Below are positions 25,560 to 38,650 of a stretch of DNA of 64,000 nucleotides, in pieces (the first letter of the stretch is position 1; each line of letters begins with the position of its first letter). The stretch lies in NCBI RefSeq assembly GCF_963921235.1, contig NC_086108.1, positions 90,832,001-90,896,000 on the forward strand. Reading direction: 5' to 3'. Position numbers and translations under genes: made by a program. The stretch is from Mobula hypostoma. Its lineage: Eukaryota. The notes beneath the pieces are model-generated. The model was given only the letters and a program-made list of their open reading frames with translations, had not been told where the DNA came from and ran no database searches.

Positions 25560-26415
25560 TGTTACGTACCCCGTAACTGGGTTGCCAAACCAGCAGAAAT
25601 GGATCACTCAGTTGGAGTCTGGAGTACTAGAACTAAGAAAGTTTTATTAAAGAAACAAGCAACACAGTAATCGAAAGGATAATAAATGCAACAATTCAAC
25701 AATGATAACCACACATGTGCACAGAATTAAGATAACAGCATCAATCAAGCTCTATCGTTGTCTAGGGGTTAAATGACCAATTTCAAAATGACTCAAAGTT
25801 CAGTCCAGTTTGTAGTTCAGTTCGCAGTAATCGTTGCCATGGCGATGGACAAGGTGGGGGAAGAGAGACAGAGAGAACAACTCATCATTCAGCACAGCTT
25901 CACTCACAGACCAGCGGGATGGCTCACAACCAGCTTTTGGGCAGGTCCTTGGTGATGTCACCTGAGGTCACCGACTGTGACCCCTCCTCCAGATGCGGTC
26001 GATCCTCTGCAGTGAACCCGGCACCCAGGCAAGGGCGGACACACACCGGGTTCCCGCTGATCGTACCTTTCCACCCTTGTCGTTGTCTGGGACTTCTCAC
26101 CCACTCGTGAGAAGCGCACCGCTTCCAGGGTCTCGTTACCTCGGGTGGCGTGTGTGTCTGTCTTAGCGAACCTGTCCCTTTTTATCCCCCTGCTGGGGTA
26201 TCGCCTGTCCATCACTTCAAACAGTTCAGGGCTCAAAGGGGGGAGCCGCTCCAGACAGCTCTTCCTCCCACATCCCTTCATTACACATCTCCAGACGCTG
26301 CTCCATTGTTCCTTATCTCTCCTTCCCCTGAGGGCAGGTGGCAGACCAACTGCTGATGCCACTGATGCTAGCCCAGGCCAGCAAACATCTTAATTTTATG
26401 TGTATTCTCGTAACA
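25560..26415 (-). mobile_element. 856-bp solo LTR (Gypsy-like 4-bp TSD)
   Basis: Termini TGTTACG...CGTAACA; TSD GTAT at 25556-59 and 26416-19; minus-strand TATA-like motif near 26180 and AATAAA near 25645. Confidence 0.92.
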
Positions 26416-28041
26416 GTATGTTTCTATGAGATCCCCTTTCATTCTTCTGAATTCCAAGGAGTATAGTCCCAGGCGACTCAATCTCTCCTCATAGGTTAAC
26501 CCCTTCATCTCTGGAATCAACCTGGTGAACTTCCTCTGCACTGCCTCCAAAGCCAGATATCCTTCCTCAAGTATGGAGACCAGAACTGCACACAGTACTT
26601 CTGGTGCGGCCTCACCAGTACCCTGTATAGTTGCAGCATGATCTCCCTGCTCTTGAATTCAATCCCTCTAGCAATGAAGTCCAACATTCCGTTTGCCTTC
26701 TTAATAATCTGTTGTAACTGCAAGCCAACTTTTTGTGATTCATGCACAAGCACTCCCAAGTCCCTCTGCAAAACAGCATGCTGCAATCTTTCACTATTTA
26801 AGTAATAATCTGCTCTTCTATTATTCCTTCCAAAGTGGATTATCTCACATTTACTAATGTTGTATTCCATCTGCCAGACCTTGGCCCACTCACTTAACCT
26901 ATCTATATCCATCTGCAGACTCTCCACATACTCTGTACAATTTGCTTCTCCACTCAGTTTAGTGTCATCAGCAAATTTTGCTACACTACACTCAGTCCCC
27001 TCTTCCAAATCATCAATGTAAATGGTAAACAGCTGCAGGCCCAGCACCGACTCCTGCGGCAACCCACTCACCACTGACTGCCAACTGGAGAAACACCCAT
27101 TTATACCAACTCTCTGCCTTCTATTGGTTAACCAATCCACTATCCATGCCAATACACTTCCTCTGACACCATGCATCCGTATCTTATTTATAAGTCTCTT
27201 GTGCGGCACCTTATCGAATGCGTTCTGGAAATCCAAGTATACAACATCCACCTGTTCCTCTCTATCTACTGCACTCATGTCCTCAAAGAACCTCAGTAAA
27301 GTTTGTCAAACAGGACCTGCCCTTTCCGAATCCATGCAGCGTCTGTCTAATGGAACCACTCCTTTTAAATGTTTCGCTATTTCTTCCTTAATAACAGCTT
27401 CAAGCATTTTCCCGACTACAGATGTTAAGCTAACTGGCCTATAGTTGCCCGTCTTTTGCCTACATCCTGTTTTAAAAAGTGGCGTGACATTTGCTGTCTT
27501 CCACTCCGCTGGGACCTGCCCAGAGTCCAGAGAATTTTGGTAAATGATTACCAACGTGTCTACTATAACCTCCGCCAATTCCCTCAGCACCCTGGGATGC
27601 ATCCCATCGGGACTAGGGGAATTATCTACCTTCAGGCCCTCTAGTTTGCTCATCACTATCTCTTTAGTAACAGTGATTTTATCAAGGTCCTCACCTCCCA
27701 TTTCATCCATAACATCATTCTTTGGCATATTAGATGTGTCCTCCACCGTGAAGACCGACACAAAACAGTTGTTCAAAGCCTCAGCCATTTCCTTAACATC
27801 CAATATCAATTTCCCCTTATCAACTTCCAAGGGACCTACAATGACTTTAGTCACCCGCTTCCTCTTTATACATTTATAAAAACTTTTGCTATCTTTTTTT
27901 ACATTTTGTGCTAATTTACTTTCATACTCTATCTTCCCTTTCCTTATTTCTTGTTTAGTTGTTCTTTGTTGCTTTTTAAAGTTTTCGCAATCCTCCAGTC
28001 TCCCACTACTCTTTGCGACTTTGTACACATGCGCTTTTAAT

Positions 28042-28417
28042 AGACAATAGGTGCAGAAGTAGACCATTCGGCTCTTCGAGCCTGCACCGCCATTCTGAGA
28101 TCATGGCTGATTATCTACTATCAATACCCGGTTCCTGCCTTGTCCTCATAACCCTTGATTCCCCTATCCATAAGATACCTATCTAGCTCCTTCTTGAAAG
28201 CATCCAGAGAATTGGCCTCCACTGCCTTCTGAGGCAGCGCGTTCCACACCTCCACAACTCTCTGGGAGAAGAAGTTCCTCCTCAACTCTGTCCTAAATGA
28301 CCTACCCCTTATTCTTAAACCATGCCCTCTGGTACTGGACTCTCCCAGCATCTGGAACATATTTCCTGCCTCTATCTTGTCCAATCCCTTAATAATCTAT
28401 ATAATCTTATATAAATC
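28042..28417 (-). mobile_element. 5'-truncated CR1 C nested in CR1 B
   Basis: ORF 28121-28384 TRGHGLRI..RRNFFSQRVV.VWNALP; candidate TSD TTAAT at 28037-41 and 28418-22. Confidence 0.88.
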
Positions 28418-28460
28418 TTAATTTGATACCATCTTTTATTTCCTTAGTTTTCCAAGGCTG

Positions 28461-28775
28461 TGTGGGCACATGGCCAAGTGGTTAAGGCATTGGACTAGCT
28501 ACCTGAAAGTCATGAGTTCAAGCCCCAGCCGAGGGAACGTGTTGTGTCCTTGAGCAAGGCACTTAATCACACATTTTTCTGCGATGACACTGGTGCCAAG
28601 CTGAAAGGGTCCTAATGCCCTTCCCTTGGACAACATCGATGTCGTGGAGAGGGAAGACTTGCAACATGGGCAACTGCTGGTCTTCCATTCAACCTTGCCC
28701 AGTCCTGCGCCCTGGAGAGTGAAGACTTTCCAGGTGCAGATCCATGGTCTCACAAGACTAACAGATGCCCCACAA
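28461..28775 (+). mobile_element. tRNA-derived SINE nested in CR1 B
   Basis: A box tggccaagtgg, B box gagttcaagcc, then gtgtccttgagcaaggcactt; TSD tccaaggctg/tccagggctg at 28451-60 and 28776-85. Confidence 0.88.
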
Positions 28776-29739
28776 TCCAGGGCTGGCTCCCCCCACACTT
28801 ACTATCCTTACTTTTGACTGGAATATACTTTTGCTGAGCACTGTGAAAAATCTCTTTGAAAGTATTCCACTGTTCCTCAACTGCCTTACCAAATAGCCTG
28901 AGACCAATCCACATTAGCCAACTCCTCCCTCATCCTGTTGTCTCCCTTGTTCAAGCATAATACACTAGTTTTAGATCTAACTATTTCATTGCGAAATTCA
29001 GTCATACTATGATCATTCTTTCCAAGAGGATCCCTGACTACAAGATCATTAATCTTACCTGTCTCATTGCACAGGACTAGATCTAAGATAACATTTTCCC
29101 TTGTAGGTTCACTAACATGCTGCTCAAGAAAGCTATCACGGATGCATTCAATGAGGTCCTCCTCAAGACCTCCTTGACCAACCTGATTCACCTGACTTTT
29201 TTTAGTTGCTTTCTTTTGGTTTTGAAAAGCTTCCCAATCATCTCACTTTACACCAATTTTTGTTCTATTATATACCCTCTCTTTGGTTTTATGTTGGCTT
29301 TGACCTCTCTTGTTCACCATGATCGTGTCATCTTTCCTTTATAATACTTCTTCGTCTTTGGGATGTATATATCCTGTCCTTCCAAATTGCTTCCAGAAAT
29401 TCCAGCCATTGCTGTTCTGCCGTCATCCCTGCCAGTGTTTGTGCTGCTAAGCATTTATATCTTCTACCCAGCAGGAGATGAGGAGAGAGACTGGCTAAAT
29501 TTGGGAATGGTCCTTAATCATGTTACTTGACTGTTATATGTGGGAGATTTAGAACTTCTTCAATAACAGCAGAGCTGAATGTATCTTTTTAGTATAATCC
29601 CCATAGAGTCCTCCTTTCATTTTATCATCATCTCTGTTCAGCAGAGCCTTATTGTATAATCTGATCATTCTCATGTTTCTGCTTGCACCTTGGTTCCACT
29701 ACTCTTTTCATTTTCAATTTACTTCTTTTGGCTCATGCA

Positions 29740-30110
29740 GGCAAGCATCCTTGTGATGCATCATCATTGAAAGAACAGAATCCGAGTAAAGAAAATCAGC
29801 AGAACACAATGCTGTGTTGTAAACTCCAATAAGGGTGAAACATTATGACATGTCACAGAAATGTTCTGGTCTGCAAGCAACACAATTTGACTGTTTAGTG
29901 TTGGAATGTGCAAAGCAGACATGGCTGTCACAGCAGTCAATAAGAACTGAGAGGTGCTGACTAATTGCCTGCTAATTACACAGTAAATTGTCTAATTAAG
30001 CTGATGGTTAATTAGGGTATGCTAGCACACCAGCCTTGTGGAATTTCTGTCTAATGCCTGAGAAGTGCCTTATGTAATTGGCACACAAGAAAAGACTGGC
30101 AGAAAACATA
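29740..30110. promoter_or_regulatory. Candidate enhancer-like unique element
   Basis: Non-repetitive; cluster of TAATT motifs at 29960-30080. Confidence 0.3.
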
Positions 30111-30654
30111 GCTCGAGTTAACATTGAGGTGTTTTTTTTGACAGAATCAGGATGTAGTTCAAACAAAGAGTTGTCATGTGCAGTTGAGCTTATTTTGGAT
30201 ATGGGAAGCTAATCTGTGTTCTTGAGCGACAAGAAAATATTCCTCAAAATCAGACAGCTGTACCATTCCATTAGTGAATAGCCATTTTAATAGAATGCAT
30301 GGCTGTGAATCAGGAAGGCAAAAGGCACCATTAGTAAGTTCACATACATAGTTGATAGTTCTGTAAGCGTGTCCATTAATTAAAAAGGAATGTTAACTTT
30401 TCTATTTTGGGGTTGAAAATTAGGGTAAAATTGTAATTCGCAGTGAGGTTTCCTGAAAAGATTGCAATATTAAATTAGAAAATATTCAAACCGTGCTTGC
30501 TGTTGTTGTCGGAGTAAAGTTTCTTATGTTTTTAATAACAGAAAGTATTTTATAAAGTTACACACATAAGATGCTAAATATTTAAAAATCAAGTATTTAC
30601 TTTTAGCAAATACATAATTGCATCCTTTGCAGGGTAATAACTTTAACAAATATA

Positions 30655-31180
30655 CACACAATGGCCACTTTAATACTTACCTCCTGTACCTAATAAAGTG
30701 GCCATTGAGTGTGTGTTCAGAGTCTGCTGCTGCTGTAGTCTATCCACTTCAGGTTTCAAGGTGTTTTGCATTCAGAGATGCTCTTCTTATTGTAATGTAT
30801 GGTTATCTGACTTACTGTTGCCTTTCGCCACTTGAACCGACCTGACCTCTCCCATTAACAAGGCAGCTTTCCCACAGAACGATTGCTTTTGTTTTTCACA
30901 CAATCCTCTGTAAACTCTACAGACTGTTGTGCATGAAAATCCCAGGAGATCATCATATACTCAAGCCACCACGTCTGGCACCAACAATCATTCCACAGTC
31001 ACAGTCATAGTCACATAGAACACATTTCTTCCCCATTCTGATGTTTGGTCTGAACAACTGAATGTCTTGATCTTGTTTGCATGCTTTTATGTATTGAGTT
31101 GCTGCCACATCATTGGCTGATTAAATATTTGCATTAGCAAGCAGGTGTAAAATTATACAAAATAAAGTGGCCACTGAGTG
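30655..31180. mobile_element. Tc1/mariner-like MITE, copy 2
   Basis: TIRs cacacaatggccacttt and aataaagtggccactgagtg; internal inverted TIR near 30685-30711. Confidence 0.82.
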
Positions 31181-31545
31181 CATACGTACACTGTGATGCA
31201 TGGTAAAACATCTCCCTGTGGCTGAAAGTGGCATGAGACAAGTCATTTTTTCAGATTTTAAGAGCAATATGAATGCTTTGAAGAAAAATGCAACATCTTT
31301 TTATTCATTAGATAAAGAAGCAGCATATTTTCTCCAGTCAAGCATGATCAAAATATTGGTAATGCAGTTAATTTCAATATGCTATGTAATTTTGCTTCGA
31401 TGTGCTGCCATGCATTGATTAGTCGATTAGTCATAAAAATGCATTACCCTTCCATATCCTTGATGAAAGATAAGGACACAAAAATTCCATTGCACTTAGA
31501 AAGGCAGACTAAAATTTACTGGGTACTTGCACCACTTTCTTGCAT

Positions 31546-32050
31546 AATCATAGAATCAGAGTACTACAGCATCAAAGCAGCCTCTTCAGCACATCTTGTC
31601 CGTGCTGACCTGATTTCTACTTAGTCCCATCTACCTGCATAGAGACCATCTCCCTCCAAATTCCTTCCGACCATGTAACTATCCAAATTTCTCTTAAATA
31701 TTACGATTGAACCCACATCAACGACTTCTGGCATCTCATTCTGCACTCGCATCACCCTCTAAATGAAGAAGTTTTACTTTGGATTCCTCTTAAATATATC
31801 ACCTTTTGCCCTCAACCTATGACCTCTACTTCTAGTCTCACCCAAGCTGAGAGGAAAATGTCTGCACGCATTCACCCTATCTATACACTTCATAATTTGT
31901 ATACCTTAGTAAGATCTCCTGTACTTCAGTGAATGAAGTCTGAACCTTTTCATCTTTTCATCTGGTTCTCAAGTCATAGCAATGGCTTTATAAATTTTCT
32001 TTGCTTATTGATATCTTTCCCGTAGGTAGGTGATCCGAAGCAACACACGG
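31546..32050 (-). mobile_element. Old CR1 3' fragment
   Basis: Tail atcatagaatc; aacctatgacctctacttctagt (TRSRGHR on minus strand). Confidence 0.7.
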
Positions 32051-32057
32051 TATTTTG

Positions 32058-32396
32058 CCACACACACGAGATGTTGGAGGAACTCAGCAGGCCAGGCTGC
32101 ATCTGTGAAAGTGAATAAGCAGTCAACTTTTCAGGTCGAGATGCTTCTTTGGGACTGAAAAGGAAGGGGGAAGAAGCCTGAATAAAAAGGTGCAGGTAGG
32201 AGGAGGATAGCTAAAAAATGATAGGTGAAGCCAGGTGGGTGGAAAAGGTGAAGGGGGGAATACAAGAAGAGGGGACAGAGAGGATTTTTTTTAACCAGAA
32301 GGAGAAATCAATATTCATGCCATCAGGTTGGAGGCTACCCAGAATAAATATAAGGTGTTGCTCCTTCTCCTTGAGGGAGGCCTCATCTTGGCACAA
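32058..32396 (-). mobile_element. PLE 3' fragment
   Basis: ORF 32211-32396 KEQHLIFILGSLQPDGMNIDFS plus terminal repeat. Confidence 0.85.
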
Positions 32397-32711
32397 CTGA
32401 AGACAACTTTGAACCTTAAAAGATACACTCTTGCTGTATCAGGAGTTCTTAAAGCCATAGTTCAAACATCACCCTTTTCTTTAAGTAGTGGGAAAGTTTG
32501 GGTTTTGCTTTTCATTGATGTGGTGGGTTAGAACTGGGAATAGACACCACACTATAACACTGAAGTAAGGTTCACAGAGGAATCATTGGGATCCCAGTGA
32601 GTTAATAAAATAAAGACTTCCTCCAATTTTGGAGACTCGTGACCTTTTACCTTTATTTCTTGATTGTAGGAACACTAATAGCATATCAGATAAAGACCAT
32701 TGACCTTATCA

Positions 32712-34700
32712 GAATCTGAAGCAGAATTAGGTTTAATATCACTTGACATACTGTGTGTTGTGAAATTTGTTGTTCTGCTGCAGCAGTACAGTGCAACACA
32801 TGAAAAACTATAAAATACAATAAGAAGATTATGTATGTGTGTTGGTTGTTCTTCGTTTCCAATGATGACGTAACCTGTGCGGGAGGAGCTTTATAGTGAA
32901 AAGGCCGTTGCACTTGGGCTATTCCACTCTCTCAACCTCAAAACTCTTGGTCTGGTGGTATGAAAAATCATCACTATACTGTATATTCTTTTCTCACCCC
33001 TTATGGGTGATGTGTATGTGTAATTTTCCCTCAATCTCAGGTCCTCTAAAAGAGCCTGGGAGCTTGAGGGCTTGGTGCAGTATCCTTGCCGTTCCTAGTA
33101 GTGCACTCTCCTGGACCGAGATCTCAGATGCTGTCCCGGGATTTGTTGGAGCCACTCTCCCAGTCCAGGTGTCACAGTTCCAAGTGCTCCTATCACCACC
33201 GGGATTACTTTGGCTTTAATATTCCACATCTTTTCTATCTGCTCTTACAAACCCTGGTATTTCTCCAGCTTCTCATATTCTTTCTTCCTGATGTTACTGT
33301 CATTCGGGATTGCCACATCTATGACTATTGCCTTCTTCTGTTCCTTGTCCAGTATTACTATGTCTGGTTGGTTGGTCAGTACCTGCTTATCAGTCTGTAT
33401 TTGGAAGTCCCACAGGATCATAGCTCAGTCATTCTCCACTACCATCTCAGGTGTATCCCATTTGAACTTGGTAGTGTCCAATCCTTACTCAGCATAGATG
33501 TTCCTGTACACAATTCCTGCAACTTGGTTGTGCCATTCAGTGTATGCTGTCCCTGCCTGCACCTTGCACCGTGCTACTATCTCAGCAGATTCCTTGCACA
33601 GTCTGCTTCTTGGGTCTTGTCTGGTGTGACCCCTCCTTCTACTACTCTTGTGCTCAGCGCTTGTTCTTGTGCAGTCATGAGCAGCAACTCTGTGCTGTCT
33701 CTCAGCCCTGCCATTTCCAGCCATTCGTAAGACTTTCTTATGTCAGCCACCTCTGATATCAGGCGATGACACATCCCGTGCAGTGGCTTGTCCTGCCATG
33801 GCCTCTGGTCCTCCGGCTCTGCTTCAACCACTTTCATTTCCATATCCTCTGCCTGATGTTCTGCCAGCAGATCGTCCTTGGGGGCCATCTTCCTGACATA
33901 CTCATGGATGTTTCGCATTTCTTCCAGGACCGTGGCCTTGACACTTCCAGGTCCCCATCCTCTTTTATTCCAGTGGGTTTACAGTCGCTCGACATTGGAC
34001 TTTGGATGGAACCCTCCATGTATTGTTAGTAGTTTCTGGGTCTTAATGTCAGCGGCTTCCAGTTTGTTCCATAGCCAGCACACTATCTCGGCTAGGTATC
34101 TGTTGACCGATAGAATGAATGTGTCAATGGCTCTGATCTTGATCTTCTGCCCACAAGAATCCCCGGATGAGAGTGACAAGAACAAGAAGAGTTGTGCCAG
34201 CTGGGGCGTTGGCTAGATTAACAAGGTGTGCACCAATGGTTGGGAACCGGGACCATCTGGCTACCGGAACAAACCATAAATGGACGAGACTGGATAACAT
34301 TAATGGAATATATATATATCTATAAATTAAGTAAGTAGTGCAAAAAGAGAGCTGAAATATTGAGGTAGTATTCGTGGGTTGGTTCATTGTCCATTCAGAA
34401 ATCTTTTGGCAGAGGTGAAGAATCCGGCCCAAATCATAGACTGTTTATTTTTTTCCATAAATGCTGCCTGACCTACTGAGTTTCACCAGCTCTTTGTGTG
34501 CGTTATTTTGGATTTAAAGCATCTGCTGATGTTCTCGTGTCTGTGATTTGCTATTTCTAAAACGTTGAGTGTGTATCTTCAGGCTCCTGTGTCTATTGGC
34601 AGTGGAGAGAAGAGAACAAGTCCTGGGTGATGGGGGCCCTTAATGTTGGTGCTGCCATTTTGAGTCATCACGTTTTGAAGATATTCTTGATGTTGGGGAG
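32712..34700 (-). mobile_element. Rex1/Babar 3' end hosting later insertions
   Basis: (AGAATC) tail at 32711; resumes near 34308 with agtagtgcaaaaagagag...ccattcagaaatc. Confidence 0.65.
32985..34165 (-). mobile_element. R4/Dong/Rex6-clade retrotransposon 3' part (decayed zinc knuckle plus RLE domain)
   Basis: WQDKPLHG, AQEQALSTR, RLCKESAE..C...HNQVAGIVYRNI, ILWDFQIQTDKQVLTNQPDIVILDK..IDVAIP..EKLEKY. Confidence 0.88.
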
Positions 34701-37049
34701 TATCCTTGATCATTGATTTACTTGATTAGGCACTCTTCAGCTCATTATGAACCGATCTTCCAATCGACACCATGAAATTTCTAAAGTGCATTTTCATGTT
34801 TAAATATTACGCAGTCCCATGGATATTGAGTGCCAATGGCTGTGTATCACTGTGTGCTCACCAGCTCATATATGCACATGGAAGGTTGTGGTACAATTTT
34901 CCATTTTTTGGATGTGCCAGTTCCTATTAACATACTTTTAGAGCCTCAAATCTGTCCTGCAAAATCTAAAGCATATGTACCATTAGACAGAATTTTTAAC
35001 CTGAGTGCTTGAGACTCCACCTGTAAGAGTCGCTCACTGTGCAGTAATTATTTACGAGTTTCAAACTATTAAACTTACAATTGTGAAATTGTCTTTAACA
35101 AAGCTACTTTAGTACACTAATATTTATATTATTTCACATCAAATGCCTCATATATAGTGTGTGCTGAGATATATCTTAACCTAAAATGCAGAACCATGTA
35201 AACGGCATCACTGAAAAAGTCTAACACAAGCACTTATTGCAAATTTTAAAGTAAATTATCATCAAAGAATATACTGTACTTGTCACCATGTACCACCCCA
35301 AGATTCATTTCAGTTTCTTGTGAGCATTCACAGTAAGTACAAAGAACAACAAAATAAAATCAATTTAAAGACTGCACATAAGCAGAGACAAACAACCAAT
35401 GTGTAAAAGACAACAGACTGTGCAAATACAAAAAAGAAGAAAAAACAAAGTAATAAAAATAACGAAATAAGGCATAAATATTAAGAACATGATTTGTAGA
35501 GTCCTTCAAAGTGAGTCCATAGGTTATGGAATAATTTCAGTGTTGGGCTAATTCAAACCACATTGACAATCACATAGCGAGTGACGTGCTCATTATTGTC
35601 AGAATATTTTTTGGTAGTTACTTCATATAGCTTTACTATTGATATCGAAACTCAATTGACAGACAACCAAATTATGAATGCAAAAGAGCACATCTCACTA
35701 CAAAGTAGAATTTATCTTAAAATTAGGTGCAGTCTGGAATTTTATGGTACAAATACTGTACATGTTGTTCAGGACATTAAGCCTGACCCAAACTTTGAAG
35801 AATAAGTTTCATTGTTAAGCTCAAGAACCGAGGAGAAAAAAATATTGTGGAATTATTATTGTTGGGAAACTCTGTCATGGATTTGTAAAATAATACAACG
35901 TATTTCCCAAGGCCCATTTATTTAAGTGGTTCAATAAATTCCTAACTCTAGTGGATGCTATTTTAACAGATTGAATGATGTTCTTAAATTATCTACAGTT
36001 TATTATTCACGGAAACTATTCGTCATCTGTGAACTGACGGTATTATTTGCCCCCTTGTCAAATTACAGTTTTTCGAAAGTTAGATGTAGAACTAAGAACA
36101 AAACAACATAAATTTTATCTATATAAAAATATTTTTTTACTGCATTGCCCTTTAGTAAAGCAGAACTTGAAACAGGAATATTTTTGTCGTGTTAGTTTGT
36201 GGGAGGATCTTGGCCACTGATTTTTTCTCCCAAGTATTTTAATTGTTGAGCTTAATTAGAATCTAATAGTTATATATCACAGAAAAAGGCCCTTCAGCCC
36301 ATCTTGCCCATGCAGACCAAATTGCCTTCCTTAGCTAGTTTCCTTTGCCTGTGTATGGCCAGGATCTCTCCAAACCTTCGCAATGCCTTTTGGATATTGT
36401 AATTCTTTCCGTTGGTACCAGGCCCAACTTGTTCCATATACTCACCCATTACTGTGTGAAAAAAATTGCCCCTTAGGTCCCTTTAATTCTTTCCACTCTC
36501 ACCTTAAGCCTATGCCTTCTAGTTTTAGATTTTTCCATCATGAGGAAAAAGACTGAGACTGTTAACCATGCCCCTCACAATTTTATAAAACTCTATATGG
36601 TATTCCTCAGCCTACTACACTCCTGAGGAGAAAAGAGCAGCCTATCGAGTGTTTCCTAATAATTCAAGCCCTACCTTTGTAAATCTTATATAAACCCTAT
36701 CCAAGGGTATTAAGGATATCTTTCATATTATTGGGCCACCTGCACTGCACATAATCTCACCAGCATCTTGTACACCTGTTATATGGTGTCCCAACTCTGA
36801 TACTGAATGCCAGTATGCCAGACATCTTCTCAGCATGTAAAGATGCTTACTTTTACTACAAGAGAACTTCAATAAAGTTTGTGTAGGGAAGTGTCTCTGA
36901 AGCAAGATATCAGCCATGATTATATTGAATATTGAAGCAGGTATGAAGAAATGAATGACTTCTCCTTGTTCTATATCTTATTTTCTTATAATCGGTTAAT
37001 AAGATTAACACAGGCTGATTTCACCAGAACTGCTGTCCGGTGCTTGGGT

Positions 37050-37490
37050 AATTTAAACACTGGCCCAGATAGACTAGAAAGGCAGGATGTTGGGACCATA
37101 GGTGAGGTTCCGGCCTATTTTGTCGCTCCTCTGTGATACTCCTCTCTGTGCGGCGCTAAGGCTGTGAGACTGCCCGTGCTGTTGTGCTTCGTGTCTGCAA
37201 GCTTCGCGGTGATTTGCCCTGCTGATGCGATGAACTGAGACAGTGGCTTTGGGGCTAATCCGGTTTCTCTGGGGATTTGGATCTATGGACTCAATTTGAT
37301 TTGGAATGCTGGTGCTCGCTTTTATTGTTTGCATGATTTGTGTTTTTTTTTCCCTTTCCCTGCGCATTGGGTGTTGGTCTTTCTTTTAATTGGGCTCATT
37401 CAGGTTTCTTGCTTTGTGGCTGCCTGTAAGCAGATAAATCTCAAAAATGCATATTTTATGCATACTTTGGTAATAAATGTAGTTTGAATC
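37050..37490 (+). mobile_element. Non-autonomous repeat with Rex1-like 3' tail
   Basis: ttgtttgcatgatttgtg...tttgtggctgcctgtaagcaga recurs at 41890-42165 (minus) and 60120-60285. Confidence 0.65.
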
Positions 37491-37979
37491 TAGGTCCGTT
37501 TTCTGAGGTGCATCACTGATCGATTTGCAAACTCCAATGATATTACCTTGAAAAGGGTGGTTATAAAAGAACATAATCACAATAACAACTTACAATACAT
37601 AGAGTCATAGAGAGATGCAGCACAGAAAGAGGTCCTTCGAGTAACCAAGTCCCCTCTGACTGTCAATCTTCCATTTACATTAATCTTACATTAATACCAC
37701 AACATTAGGAACAACTCACAGTGGCCAAATAACTTATCAGTTCCTCGTATTTGGGATGTGGAAGGAAATCAGAGTACCCAGAGAAAACTAGGGAAGACTG
37801 CAGAATTCCAAACAGACAGTATTAGAGCTAGGATTGCATTCAGGTCTGTGGTGCAGTGAAGCAGTGGCTCTACTAGCTACATCATCATGCTGCAGTAAGA
37901 ATACTGAATGGAAACGTATCTAGATACCAAAATATATATGACTACTGCCTGAGCAAAATTGCTCACTTATTACTCCGCA

Positions 37980-38650
37980 TCCATAGATCCCTCACAGCTG
38001 CCACACAAGATGATAGCATGGTTAAGAAGGCCTACAGTGTGTTGGGCTTCATTAGAGGATTGTATTCAAAAGCCACGAGGTTAAGTTACAGCGCCATAAA
38101 ATCCTGGCTAGATCATATTCTGTTTACTTCTGGTCAGCTCATTATAGGAACACTGTGGGACCTTTCAAGACGGTGGAGAGGAGATTTACCTGAATGCTGC
38201 CTGGAGTAGAGCCCATGTCTTATGAAAATAGATTAAGCAAGTTAGGGCTTTTTTCTTTAGACTGAAGGAGGATGAAAGGTGACATGATAGAGGTGAATAA
38301 GATGATAAGAGGCATTAATAGAAAGGAAAGCAAAAGTTTCTTTTTGCTCCCAGGGCAAAAATGGCTAATACAAGGGTCACAATTTTAAGGTGATTGGAAG
38401 AAAGTGTAGGGAGTATGTGAGAGGTAAGTTCTTTACGCAGAGAGTGATGGGTAGGTGGAACGCTCTATCGCTGTTGGTGGTTGAGGCAAGTACATTGGGG
38501 CACTTAGCAAAGTTTTAGATAGGCACGTGGATGATAGAAAAATGGAGGGTTATGTCGCAGAGAAGGATTGATTTTAGAGTAGGTTAAAAGGTTGACACTA
38601 CACTGTGGACTAAAGGGCCTGTATTGTGCTGTAGTGTTCTATCTTCTATG
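37980..38650 (+). mobile_element. CR1 3' fragment
   Basis: MVKKAYSVLGFI; tail gggcctgtattgtgctgtagtgttctat. Confidence 0.82.

Larger units (their letters stand above)
25183..29193 (-). mobile_element. Younger CR1 LINE B nested in CR1 A
   Basis: (ATAAGAAC) tail at 25183; long ORF2 frames 26517-27278 (YLDFQNAFDKV, KFADDTK), 27306-28067 and 28886-29191. Confidence 0.92.
23366..29440 (-). mobile_element. CR1 LINE A (segments 23366-25182 and 29194-29440), host of a nested stack
   Basis: RT ORF 24366-24824; sequence resumes colinearly at 29194; candidate TSD GACTT at 25178-82 and 29194-98. Confidence 0.85.

Noticed and set aside
26517..28067. Two 253-aa ORFs as an active reverse transcriptase gene
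   Set aside because: Frameshifted, 5'-truncated CR1 ORF2 interrupted by three insertions
33086..33730. 214-aa plus-strand ORF
   Set aside because: Antisense shadow of the R4/Dong-like coding region
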